DNA from: Gemmatimonadaceae bacterium
GTDB lineage: Bacteria; Gemmatimonadota; Gemmatimonadetes; Gemmatimonadales; Gemmatimonadaceae
Assembly: GCA_031359795.1 (NCBI GenBank)
Contig: JANMAM010000021.1
Coordinates: forward strand, 8,542-72,541
Length of the DNA stretch: 64,000 bases
Direction: 5' to 3'
Made by a program: the position numbers and the translations under genes. The notes under the pieces were generated by a model. The model had not been told where the DNA came from. It searched no databases and was given only the letters and a program-made list of their open reading frames with translations. Positions 29,213 through 38,430 of the stretch are shown here, in pieces. How positions within the stretch are numbered: position 1 is the stretch's first letter; the number at the start of each line of letters is the position of its first letter.

Positions 29213-30463
29213 CTAACGCGGCTTCCAGGTGCCGCGGGCCACGGCCGGCCGGAACGAATCGATTCCGGGGGCGGGATAGTCGAGCGTTCGCCCCTCCTCG
29301 GCGCTCTGGTACGCCGTCATCAGCATCTCCACCACTTCGACACCGTCATCGAACGTCAGGCGCGCCTTCTCCTTGCCCTGGAAGACCCGCACGAAATGAC
29401 GGTCCTCGCCGTCGTAGCCGTAGGCGATCGGCTCGCTTGGCACCACCGGCATCACCCCCTGCTCGGCGTTCTGCTTCTCGACCAGGTCTTCGCCCGCCTT
29501 GCCCGTCACCTCGCGCGAGAAGAACAGCTCCAGCCCCGAGTCGAGCGAGTTCCAGCGCATCGAGTACTCGGGTCCGAGCAGCTCGGCCGAGAGCCGAAGC
29601 CCGGCGCCGACGAAGCTCCACGACGTCGTCGCCTCGCCGAGCACGGTGTGCCCGTCCTCTGTCTCGAACTCGATCATCAGGCTGGCAAAATCCTCGGACG
29701 GTTGCTTCGTGTAGTCCACCCCCATCGTCTTCTTCAGCTGCTCGGCGTATTCCTTGCGCGACCACTTGAGGCTGGCGATGTGCGCGGTGACCCGTTTCGG
29801 CTTGACCGTGCCTAACGCCTTCTTCGGGTCGGTGAGCAGGTGCCGCACGAGCAGCGCCGAGTGGCACATCATGTCGTTGAGCACCCCGCCGCCCTGCAGC
29901 TCGCCCTTCCAGAACCAGGGCGCATGCGGGCCGGCATGCTCCTCGGCGGCGCGCGCCAGATAGGGACGCCCCGTCGTCGCCGCGCCGCGCGCCCAGAGCA
30001 GCTCGCGGCCGGTCTCGACGTGCGGCGAGAAGAGCTGGTTCTCGAGGTACCCCGTCGCCAGTCCGGCTTTCTTCACCATCGCGGCGACCTTCTTCGCCTC
30101 GGCGACGTTGCGCGCGAGCGGCTTCTCGCAGGCGATCCCCTTGAGGGTTCCCTTGCCGCTCTCGATCGCGCTGCAGATCTCTTCGATGTTCTCGACGCGA
30201 GCCGAGTTCGGGCCAGTCACCCAGAGCGCGTCGATCTTCGGATCGGCGACCATCTCCGTGATCGAGCGATACGCCTTGGCCTCGCCGACGTCGAGCTTGC
30301 GCGCCAGCGCCGCGGCCTCGCCGGCGTTCTTCGCATTCGGGCTCCAGCAGCCGAGGACGTCGGCGTCGCGGACGCCGCGCCAGGCCTGAATGTGGAAGCG
30401 TGCGTTGAAGCCGCTCCCGACGAATCCGACACCGAGTCGGGCGTTAGGCACGGGCGCCTCCAC
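29213..30463 (-). CDS. Gfo/Idh/MocA-family oxidoreductase
   Basis: RLGVGFVGSGFNARFH Rossmann N-terminus and EKPLARN motif. GTG start. The stop codon lies inside the CGTTAGG motif. Confidence 0.8.
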   Translation of the reverse strand: MEAPVPNARLGVGFVGSGFNARFHIQAWRGVRDADVLGCWSPNAKNAGEAAALARKLDVGEAKAYRSITEMVADPKIDALWVTGPNSARVENIEEICSAIESGKGTLKGIACEKPLARNVAEAKKVAAMVKKAGLATGYLENQLFSPHVETGRELLWARGAATTGRPYLARAAEEHAGPHAPWFWKGELQGGGVLNDMMCHSALLVRHLLTDPKKALGTVKPKRVTAHIASLKWSRKEYAEQLKKTMGVDYTKQPSEDFASLMIEFETEDGHTVLGEATTSWSFVGAGLRLSAELLGPEYSMRWNSLDSGLELFFSREVTGKAGEDLVEKQNAEQGVMPVVPSEPIAYGYDGEDRHFVRVFQGKEKARLTFDDGVEVVEMLMTAYQSAEEGRTLDYPAPGIDSFRPAVARGTWKPR

Positions 30464-30481
30464 TGGCTGCTCGGGCGTCGC

Positions 30482-31159
30482 TCATGATTTGCGCCCGGCG
30501 GCGAGCGACGCATCGTACTCGGCGTAACTGACGCCCAGCTTCCGCAGTGCAGGTTCCGGGCATCCGTTCCAGTTCGGGTTGAAGACGTTGCCGATGTATT
30601 GCAGATCCTTCCATCCCGTCGCGCTCGAATAGAAGCCCGAGGCGATCGAGTCACGAAAACGATTGAAGAACGCGACGCCGGTGCTCATTCCTGGCGCGGC
30701 CCTGGTCGGCCAGGCGATGTCGTCGAGCACGAGCCGGCGCTGCGCGTCCGTCGCCCCGACGAACCCCGCACCGAAGCGGCGGCGCGTTTCCGTGTCGAGC
30801 CAGGCGAGCCCGCCGCGCATCGCGAGGCGGCCGTCGTCGCCGGTGGTCTCGTCCAGCATCATGAAGTCCACGAACTCGGGCGCTTTCGCATCGGTCGCGC
30901 TCCCCGAGCGGTCGTCGCGCGGGATCACGTAGTCCGCGAGGAGCCGCACCGTCCGCCACTCGCGCGCGGTGAAGAATTTCGGGACGTACGCCGCGTCCTC
31001 GGATGCCGGCGGCAATCCGGCAACGTAGCGCGTCGCGCGCTCGACGCTGGCGCTGTTCCACCCGAGCGCGGCGAACACCGGCGCCATCCCGATCAGCCGC
31101 AGCGCCTCGCGGCGCGCCGGCAGCTCGGGCGCGGCGCCTGTCTCGTCGATGTCGCTCAC
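30482..31159 (-). CDS. Gluconate 2-dehydrogenase subunit 3-like small subunit, TAT signal
   Basis: ARREALRLIGMAPVFAALG signal and the FFTAREWRTVRLLADYVIPRD block typical of this family. The GTG start overlaps the TGA of the upstream GMC oxidoreductase gene (GTGA). Confidence 0.7.
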   Translation of the reverse strand: MSDIDETGAAPELPARREALRLIGMAPVFAALGWNSASVERATRYVAGLPPASEDAAYVPKFFTAREWRTVRLLADYVIPRDDRSGSATDAKAPEFVDFMMLDETTGDDGRLAMRGGLAWLDTETRRRFGAGFVGATDAQRRLVLDDIAWPTRAAPGMSTGVAFFNRFRDSIASGFYSSATGWKDLQYIGNVFNPNWNGCPEPALRKLGVSYAEYDASLAAGRKS

Positions 31160-32958
31160 AATGCACCTGCCTTGCGCTGCTCGGTGATGTAGTCGCTGGT
31201 GCGCCAGGCGAGCGCGAGGATCGTCCACGTCGGATTCTTGTCGGCCTGTGTCACGAACGGCCCTCCATCGGCGACGAACAGATTCCTGCAGTCGTGGGCG
31301 CGGCAGTTGGAGTCGAGGACCGACTTCTTCGGGTCGCTGCCCATCTGGGTGCACCCCAGCTCGTGAATGATCTGGCCCCCCGCCGCGATGCCGTAGCCCT
31401 CCTCCCGCGTCGGCATCTTCGACGCCACCTCGCCTCCCATCTCCGAGATCAGTGCCCGGAACGTCGTCTGCATGTGGCGAATCTGGTTGTATTCGTTATC
31501 CGTGAACTGCCAGTGGAAGCGCAGCGCCGGAATCCCCCAGCGGTCGACGACCGTCGGATCGAGGTCGCAGTACGAGTTCTCGTTGGGCAGCATCTCGCCG
31601 CGGCCGGAGAACCCGATCTGCGCGCCGTAGTACTTCCGATAGTCGGCCTTGAGCTGGGCGCCGTAACCGCCGCCACCCGGATAGTTCTGGATCCCGCCTA
31701 ACGCGCCGTACTGCGGCTGCGAGAGCCCGCCCCACACTTCGATATGGTAGCCGCGCGGGAAATCCAGCTTCGCGTTGTCGAGCCACCAGGGCATGTAGAC
31801 GTGCATCCCGCCGACGCCGTCCTCGTTGTGCGGCACATGGTCGACCATCGACGGAATGAACCCGGCGACGTCGGTGCCGGTCGTATCGGTGAGTCCCTTG
31901 CCGACCCGGCCGCTCGAGTTGCCGAGGCCCTGGGGAAACATCGACGACTTCGAGTTGAGGAGGATCCGCGCCGACTCGCAGGCGCTCGCCGCCAGCACGA
32001 CGACCTTCGCGTTCACGTGCCGGTCTTCACCGGTGTTCTTGTCGATCCAGGTGACTCCCGTCGCGAGTCCATCCTTTCCGATCGTTACTTCGCGAGCCAT
32101 CGCGTTGGTGATCAACGTCAGGCGTCCGCTCGCGAGCGCCGGTGCGATCAGCACGTCGGGGCTCGAGAAGTTGGACTTCGTCATGCAGCCACGACCGCAT
32201 TGCCCGCAGTAGTGACATGCCTGACGGCCGGGCAACGGCTTGGTGAGGATCGAGAGGCGCGATGGAATGCATTTCACGCCGAGCTTGTCGGACGCCTTCT
32301 TGACGAGGACTTCGTAGCAGCGCGGGCGCGGCGGTGGCTGGAACCTGCCGTCCGGGTTGTTGCGCATTCCCTCGGCGCTCCCGAATACCCCGATCAGGTC
32401 GTCGATGCGGTCGTAGTACGGCGACATGTCGTCGTACGAGATCGGCCAGTCGTCGCTCATTCCGTCTTTCGTCCCGCCCTTGAAATCATCGGGTCCGAAG
32501 CGGAGCGAGATGCGTCCCCAGTGATTCGTGCGCCCGCCCAGCATCCGGGCTCGCCACCACATGAACTTCGATCCCGTCGCGACGGTGTAGGGCTCACCCT
32601 CGACCGCCCAACCGCCATCGCACGCGTCGAATTCGCCGAAAGGGCGCCGCGTACTCGATGCGCCGCGCCGCGGCGACGCATAGGCGGGCATGAGCATCTT
32701 CGAGTTTTTCGAGGCGTACCACTCCGCTCCGGCCTCGAGCATCACGACGTTTGCGCCGGCCTTCGTCAGCGCGTACGCGGACATTCCTCCCCCCGCACCG
32801 GAGCCGACGATGCAGACATCATACTCGGTACGACGACGCTGAACCTGCACGGCGCTCCTCGGTCGGGGTGAGCGGCCTAAGCTACGCCTGCTCCCGGCCG
32901 TCGCAACCACCGCCGCGTCTGTTCCCGCCAACTCGCGAAGTTGACCAATGGTTGACAT
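31156..32958 (-). CDS. GMC-family FAD-dependent oxidoreductase
   Basis: FAD-binding YDVCIVGSGAGGGMSAYALTKAGANVVMLEAG and a C-terminal GMC block (HELGCTQMG...CRNLFVADG). The start is set at the ATG 32956-32958; the track start at 33006 would overlap the divergent gene. Confidence 0.85.
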   Translation of the reverse strand: MSTIGQLRELAGTDAAVVATAGSRRSLGRSPRPRSAVQVQRRRTEYDVCIVGSGAGGGMSAYALTKAGANVVMLEAGAEWYASKNSKMLMPAYASPRRGASSTRRPFGEFDACDGGWAVEGEPYTVATGSKFMWWRARMLGGRTNHWGRISLRFGPDDFKGGTKDGMSDDWPISYDDMSPYYDRIDDLIGVFGSAEGMRNNPDGRFQPPPRPRCYEVLVKKASDKLGVKCIPSRLSILTKPLPGRQACHYCGQCGRGCMTKSNFSSPDVLIAPALASGRLTLITNAMAREVTIGKDGLATGVTWIDKNTGEDRHVNAKVVVLAASACESARILLNSKSSMFPQGLGNSSGRVGKGLTDTTGTDVAGFIPSMVDHVPHNEDGVGGMHVYMPWWLDNAKLDFPRGYHIEVWGGLSQPQYGALGGIQNYPGGGGYGAQLKADYRKYYGAQIGFSGRGEMLPNENSYCDLDPTVVDRWGIPALRFHWQFTDNEYNQIRHMQTTFRALISEMGGEVASKMPTREEGYGIAAGGQIIHELGCTQMGSDPKKSVLDSNCRAHDCRNLFVADGGPFVTQADKNPTWTILALAWRTSDYITEQRKAGAL

Positions 32959-33032
32959 AGCCGCTCGGGCCGCGTACGCTGGCTGCAATAGACCCTGCTC
33001 CAGCATTGAACTCCTTACCCCCCGGAGGTCTC

Positions 33033-35996
33033 GTGCGCGTCACGCGTGTTCTCGTCGGTCTTGTCTCTGCGCTCGCGCTCGCCGCGGCGTCGGCGTCGGC
33101 GCAGCAGCAGCAGCGGCGCATCACCGGCCGCGTTGCCGAGTCGGGCAGCGGGGCTCCGCTCGCCATGGCGAGCATTGTCGTCACCGGCACCACGCTCGGG
33201 ACGCGCACCAACGAGGCGGGGGAGTTCTCCCTGCTCGCACCCGACGCCGACGTGCAGCTCGTCGCCCGGCGCATCGGATTCAAGCAGGCGACCGTTCGCG
33301 TTCCGCGCGACCAGGCGCAGGCCAATCTCTCTCTCGAGCGCGATGTGCTCATGCTCGAGGAGCAGGTGGTCACCGGCGAGAATACAAGCGTCTCGCGGCG
33401 CAACGCCGCCAACGACGTCGCGACGGTAAGCAACGTCGAGCTGACGCGCGCGCCGACGCCGACGATCGAGAACGCGCTCGCCGGCAAGATCGCCGGCGCG
33501 ACGGTGTCGCAGAACTCGGGCGCGCCAGGTGGTGGCCTGCAGATCCAGCTTCGCGGCGTCACCACGATCAACGGCTCGACGGATCCACTCTACATCGTCG
33601 ACGGCGTGATCGTCAGCAACGACGCGATCCCCAGTGGCGCCAACGCAATCACCGCCGCGGCCGCGGGCGGCAACGCGTCGCCGCAGGACAATGCCGTGAA
33701 CCGGATGGCTGACTTCAATCCCGCCGACATCGAACGCATCGAGGTGCTCAAGGGCGCGTCTGCATCGGCCATCTATGGATCGAAGGCCTCCAACGGCGTG
33801 ATCATCATCACGACCAAACGAGGAGCGGCAGGCGCGACGCAGTTCAGCCTCGTCCAGCGGGTCGGCACGCAGTCGGCGTCAAATGAGATCGGCTCGCGCC
33901 GTTGGACGCTCGCTGGCGTCTATGACTACTTCGGGCCAAGAACGGCGGCGGACACCGCGCGCTATCGCACGCTCTATGGCGACGGGTCGACGACCAACTA
34001 CGAGAAGCTGCTCTTCGGCGCGCACGATCCGTCGTACGAGACGAATCTCAGTGCGCGCGGTGGAACCGACGCGACGCGCTACTTCGTCTCGGGACTGCTC
34101 AAGCGCGACGCCGGCATCATGTCGGGAACGGGTTACGACAAGCAGTCGGTGCGCGCGAACCTCTCGCAGGCATTCAGTCCGCGCCTCAACCTCGACGTCA
34201 ACACCAACTTCATCCACAGCAACGCACAGCGCGGGCTCACCAACAACGACAACAGCGGCACCAGCTTCTACATGGTGCTTCCGTTCACGCCGAGCTTCGC
34301 CAGGCTCCAGCCGGTGAACGGCGCGTATCCCGCCAACCCGTTCGAGCGCAGCAACCCCATCCAGACGCGTGACCTCCTCCAGAACCAGGAGAATGTCTAC
34401 CGGTTCACCGGCTCGGCGACGGGGCGCTTCTCGGTGTTCGCGCGCGAACGCCAGACGCTCGCGCTCAACCTGACCGGCGGCATCGATCAGTTCTCGCAGC
34501 GCAACGACATCTTCTCGCCGAACGAACTGCTCTATGAGCCGCAGGATGGACTTCCTGGCACGACCGTCCGCGGCTCGACCGGCAACGTCAACTCGAACCT
34601 CAACCTCAGCGCCGTCCACACCTTCACCCCGGCCAGCGGATGGCTCACCGCGACGACGTCGGCAGGCGTACAGCGCGAGCGGCGCGACCTCGACGGTGCC
34701 AGCATCCTGACGCGCGGGCTCATCCCCGGGCAGCGTGGTGTCGACCAGGGCTCGAGCGTCGCCGTCGCCCCCGTTAGGCAGCTGGTCAAGGACTTCGCGT
34801 TCTTCGGCCAGGAAGAGGTGCTGCTGCTCGACCAGCGCCTGCTCGTGACCGGCGCCGTCCGCGCCGACCGCAGCACGAACAACGGCGACATCAACAAGTT
34901 CTACTTCTTCCCGAAAGCGTCCGCATCGTACCGCGTACCCGACCTCGCGCCATGGATGGACGAGGCGAAGGTGCGCTTCGCGTTCGGCCAGTCCGGCCTG
35001 CCCGCGATCTATGGCGCGAAGTTCACCTCCCTCGAAACGACCGTGTTCGACGCCGAGACCGGCGTACAGGTTGGTCTGGTCGCTGGCGACCCGAATATCC
35101 GGCCCGAGCGGCAGACCGAGATGGAAGGTGGACTCGACTTCCAGTTCTTCGGGGGGCGCTCGCTCCTCACCGTCACCGGCTACCAGAAGGAGATCAGCGA
35201 CCTGATCCTGCTGCGCCGCCTCGCACCGACGAGCGGGTTCCAGGACCAGTACTTCAACGGCGCGGAGCTCCGTAACCGCGGCGTCGAGGTCACCGGTGCA
35301 ATCACGCCGATCAACACCGACAGGACGACCTGGATCTCGCGCGCGACCTTCTCGCGCAACGTCAGCGAGATCACGAAGCTGCCAGTGCCGGCCTTCGAGA
35401 CCGGCGGCTTCGGCGCCAATCTCGGCGCCTTCCGCATCGAGGAGGGGAAGTCCGCGACACAGATCGTCGGGCACACCCTCCTCGCCGATGGCTCGCAGCC
35501 GACCGTGCAACTCGGCGATGCGGCGCCCGATTTCCAGATGGCGTTCGCCAACGAGTTGAACTGGGGAGACTGGCGGCTCTACGGGCTCGTCGACTGGAAG
35601 AAAGGCGGCGACGTCATCAACCTCACCCAATTCCTCTACGACGCAGCTGGCAACAGCAAGGACTACTCGGAAGATCCGAACTCGGGGGGCCAGCGGCGCT
35701 TCAGCCGCTGGGCGTCGGGTTTCACGAAGGAGTACGTTCAGGACGGCAGCTTCGTGAAAGTTCGCGAAATCTCGCTCGCCTACCGGCTGCCGTCAGGCCT
35801 GACGCGCTATCTTGGCGCCCGCGCCCGATCGGCCCGACTCGAGTTGAGCGGCCGGAACCTGCTCACATTTTCCGACTATCCCGGGCTGGACCCGGAGGTG
35901 AGCAACTTCGGAAACCAGGCGATCGCCAGGAACATCGACGTCGCCCCGTATCCGCCGAGCCGCAGCTACTTCGTCTCTCTCAACGTGGAGTTCTGA
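33033..35996 (+). CDS. SusC/RagA-family TonB-dependent outer-membrane receptor
   Basis: Signal peptide, a carboxypeptidase-regulatory-like domain (ITGRVAESGSGAPLAMASIVV) and the plug motif IERIEVLKGASASAIYGSKASNGVIIITTKRG. The terminal ...YFVSLNVEF ends in Phe. GTG 33033 follows GGAGG; the track start TTG 33006 is the alternative. Confidence 0.9.
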   Translation: MRVTRVLVGLVSALALAAASASAQQQQRRITGRVAESGSGAPLAMASIVVTGTTLGTRTNEAGEFSLLAPDADVQLVARRIGFKQATVRVPRDQAQANLSLERDVLMLEEQVVTGENTSVSRRNAANDVATVSNVELTRAPTPTIENALAGKIAGATVSQNSGAPGGGLQIQLRGVTTINGSTDPLYIVDGVIVSNDAIPSGANAITAAAAGGNASPQDNAVNRMADFNPADIERIEVLKGASASAIYGSKASNGVIIITTKRGAAGATQFSLVQRVGTQSASNEIGSRRWTLAGVYDYFGPRTAADTARYRTLYGDGSTTNYEKLLFGAHDPSYETNLSARGGTDATRYFVSGLLKRDAGIMSGTGYDKQSVRANLSQAFSPRLNLDVNTNFIHSNAQRGLTNNDNSGTSFYMVLPFTPSFARLQPVNGAYPANPFERSNPIQTRDLLQNQENVYRFTGSATGRFSVFARERQTLALNLTGGIDQFSQRNDIFSPNELLYEPQDGLPGTTVRGSTGNVNSNLNLSAVHTFTPASGWLTATTSAGVQRERRDLDGASILTRGLIPGQRGVDQGSSVAVAPVRQLVKDFAFFGQEEVLLLDQRLLVTGAVRADRSTNNGDINKFYFFPKASASYRVPDLAPWMDEAKVRFAFGQSGLPAIYGAKFTSLETTVFDAETGVQVGLVAGDPNIRPERQTEMEGGLDFQFFGGRSLLTVTGYQKEISDLILLRRLAPTSGFQDQYFNGAELRNRGVEVTGAITPINTDRTTWISRATFSRNVSEITKLPVPAFETGGFGANLGAFRIEEGKSATQIVGHTLLADGSQPTVQLGDAAPDFQMAFANELNWGDWRLYGLVDWKKGGDVINLTQFLYDAAGNSKDYSEDPNSGGQRRFSRWASGFTKEYVQDGSFVKVREISLAYRLPSGLTRYLGARARSARLELSGRNLLTFSDYPGLDPEVSNFGNQAIARNIDVAPYPPSRSYFVSLNVEF

Positions 35997-35999
35997 GCC

Positions 36000-37358
36000 A
36001 TGACCACCAGCATACATGCGCGTCGTCTCGCGCTGCGGGCGGCCGGGCTGATCCTCGCCGCCGTTGCCCTGCATGCCTGCAAGGATGCCCTCGTTCCCGA
36101 TCTCAATAACCCGAGCCTCGAAGGCATCGTCTCCAACCCGACCCGCGCGCAGGTACAGACCATGGCGCGGGGAGTGCTCGACGGAAACCGTGCGACCCAG
36201 GGCGGGTTCATCCGCGATCTCGAGATCATCGGGCGTGACGCCTACAACCTCGATGCGGCCGATCCGCGCTGGGTGACGGAGCTGCTCATCAACCTCGACC
36301 CCGGTGGCTTCGGGGCCGCGCACTGGTTCTTCCGCTATCGGAACGTAAAGAGCGCCAACATCATGATCGCCGCTGTCGGTACGTCAGGCGCACTTAGCGC
36401 CGCCGAGAAATCGGCCGCGATCGGATTCGCGCAGACGATCAAGGCGCTCGATCTCCTCGCCGTCGAAGAAGCGCATGACACCGCCGGCACCGGCGCTGAC
36501 GCTGGCGCGACGGCGGCCGACCTGACGGCGATCCTCTGCCGCGACAATGCACTCCTCCGCATCTCCGCATTGCTCGACACCGCCAGGACCAATCTGCTCG
36601 CTGGTGGCGCGGCTTTCCCCTTCGCGATGCCCGGCGGCTTCGCTGGCTTCGACACACCGGCCCTGTTCCTCAAGTTCAATCGCGCAATCAAGGCGCGCGC
36701 GGAGATCTATCTCGGACCCAGCGTGGCCTCGCATTACACCACCGCACTCGCCGCGCTCAGTGAGTCGTTCATCGACACGACCGCTTCGCTCGACCTCGGC
36801 GTCTATCACCAGTACAGTCTGGCCGCCGGGGATCGGAGCAACCCGCTGTTTCAGGACCCGGCGACGACGAACTTTCGCGCACACCCGTCGGTGGTCGCGA
36901 ACGCCGAGGCGGGCGACCGGCGCCTCACCCGCAAGACGATGATCGGCGATGTGAAGACGTACCAGGGCCTGTCATCGAACATCATCTTCACCGTCTACGC
37001 GTCACCGACCGCCTCGATCCCGGTCGTGCGCAACGAGGAGCTTGTTCTCCTTCGTGCCCAGGCGAACATCGGACTGAACAACCTCGCCGCGGCAAGCCGG
37101 GACCTCAACTACATCCGCGTTCGCTCGGGAGGACTCGCGGCGAAGACGTACGCCACCGCCGCGGCCGCGCTCGACCAGCTCCTGTACGAGAAGCGCTACT
37201 CGCTGCTCTGGGAGAGCGGCTCGCGCTGGATCGACACGCGGCTCTACGGCCGGCTCGCGACGCTGCCGAAGGACGCGCCGACCCACAAGGTCCATCCGAA
37301 CTTCCCGATCCCGCAGGATGAAGTACTGGCACGCGGCGGCTCGGCGCGCTGCCAGTGA
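36000..37358 (+). CDS. RagB/SusD-family outer-membrane lipoprotein
   Basis: It lies immediately downstream of the SusC-like gene, with a 3-nt gap. Lipobox ALHAC is present. The size and helical composition are typical of SusD-like proteins (RYSLLWESGSRWIDTRLYG). Confidence 0.75.
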   Translation: MTTSIHARRLALRAAGLILAAVALHACKDALVPDLNNPSLEGIVSNPTRAQVQTMARGVLDGNRATQGGFIRDLEIIGRDAYNLDAADPRWVTELLINLDPGGFGAAHWFFRYRNVKSANIMIAAVGTSGALSAAEKSAAIGFAQTIKALDLLAVEEAHDTAGTGADAGATAADLTAILCRDNALLRISALLDTARTNLLAGGAAFPFAMPGGFAGFDTPALFLKFNRAIKARAEIYLGPSVASHYTTALAALSESFIDTTASLDLGVYHQYSLAAGDRSNPLFQDPATTNFRAHPSVVANAEAGDRRLTRKTMIGDVKTYQGLSSNIIFTVYASPTASIPVVRNEELVLLRAQANIGLNNLAAASRDLNYIRVRSGGLAAKTYATAAAALDQLLYEKRYSLLWESGSRWIDTRLYGRLATLPKDAPTHKVHPNFPIPQDEVLARGGSARCQ

Positions 37359-37411
37359 GCGCGCGGTCCGCGAAGGAAGCGCGTTCGGATTTCGCGGTAG
37401 GTGATACGCTT

Positions 37412-37535
37412 CTTGAGCTTCAACAGCTTTAAACCACAGGGTGCACCGAGCGAGAACGGCGGAGCGCCGCCCCGGCTCGGTGTACCCTGTGCACCCTGTG
37501 GTTAATAGCTGTTGCTCAAGGTGAACGGCGGAGCG
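37412..37535. repeat. Compound hairpin element between convergent SusD-like and GNAT genes
   Basis: CTTGAGCTTCAACAGCTTTAAACCACAGGGTGCAC (37412-37446) pairs imperfectly with GTGCACCCTGTGGTTAATAGCTGTTGCTCAAG (37489-37520). There is an inner CCGAGC/GCTCGG stem. The 13-mer GAACGGCGGAGCG is directly repeated at 37454-37466 and 37523-37535. Confidence 0.7.
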
Positions 37536-37543
37536 TCGACGCT

Positions 37544-38116
37544 TCACGCCGCGCCGTCAGCCGCGACGAGGTCGCGTGACATTCGAAGGCAGTCCATCAG
37601 AATCTCACCGGAGAGCGGGACGACGACCGGCTCGACGACCGTGAAGCCTAACGTGCGATAGAGCGGCTCGCCGGGCAGCGTCGCGACCAGCTCGAGGCGG
37701 CGGAACCCCGCCGCGTACGCTGCACGGGCGCAGCACCTGAAGAGCATCCGGCCGAGCCCTTGTCGCGCATGCGCGGGATGGACGTAGAACGCCCGGATCC
37801 GCGCCGGCTCGGTCGCCGGGTCGAGCTGGTCATCGACGTCGGACTTGTATCGATCTCCCCCGAACAGCGTGCGCCGCGCGCTCCATCCTCCGGCGGCGAC
37901 GATCTCGCCGCCATCCTCCACGACATGGTACGTTCGATCGCGAATGAGCTGCGAGTCCACGCCGAACATGTGGCGGAGCGACGCGTCGATTTGCGCGTCG
38001 CTGTAGTAACCGCGCCCGAGCCCGCGAACCGACGCGTCGATCAGCACCGCGATGGCGGCGGCGTCATCGAGGGTCGCGAGGCGCAAAAGGCGTGAGGTCG
38101 ACTGTGGTGCGTCCAT
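37544..38116 (-). CDS. GNAT-family N-acetyltransferase
   Basis: Acetyl-CoA-binding motif VHPAHARQGLGRMLF and overall GNAT layout. The start is set at ATG 38114-38116 (MDAPQSTS). Confidence 0.8.
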   Translation of the reverse strand: MDAPQSTSRLLRLATLDDAAAIAVLIDASVRGLGRGYYSDAQIDASLRHMFGVDSQLIRDRTYHVVEDGGEIVAAGGWSARRTLFGGDRYKSDVDDQLDPATEPARIRAFYVHPAHARQGLGRMLFRCCARAAYAAGFRRLELVATLPGEPLYRTLGFTVVEPVVVPLSGEILMDCLRMSRDLVAADGAA

Positions 38117-38266
38117 GTCGCTTCGATCGCGATGGTTGTCGCGGCTCCAACAACCGAGCCGGAGTGAAGCGTGAGCCCTTCGCCCACGGCGATCGGTTTC
38201 GCCGGCGCTTGACACGCATCAATGTCGCCTATAGACTCCCAATCACAACTGATTGCTCGTGGTGAT

Positions 38267-38306
38267 TTGCCGCCTATTGCCGCCACGTAAAATAAAGTGC
38301 TAAAAT
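38267..38306 (+). promoter_or_regulatory. Putative sigma70-like promoter(s)
   Basis: Two overlapping candidates sit in an unusually AT-rich stretch. One is TTGCCG (38267-72), 15 nt, then TAAAAT (38288-93). The other is TTGCCG (38277-82), 18 nt, then TAAAAT (38301-06). Confidence 0.35.
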
Positions 38307-38311
38307 GCGAC

Positions 38312-38356
38312 GCGCCCGGCGGCCATCATCTCGCCCGGGCGTTTTCGTTTTTTCGG
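38312..38356 (+). terminator. Terminator-like hairpin plus U-tract in the leader of the aminotransferase gene
   Basis: GCGCCCGG (38312-19) pairs with CCGGGCGT (38335-42) and is followed by TTTCGTTTTTTCGG. It lies about 75 nt upstream of ATG 38431 and downstream of promoter-like hexamers. Confidence 0.45.
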
Positions 38357-38430
38357 GAGACCGCTCGTCGATTCACCCCTCTCGATGCACCCGGCCCGGC
38401 GGCCAATGCCCTGGAATGGAGTGCACGACG

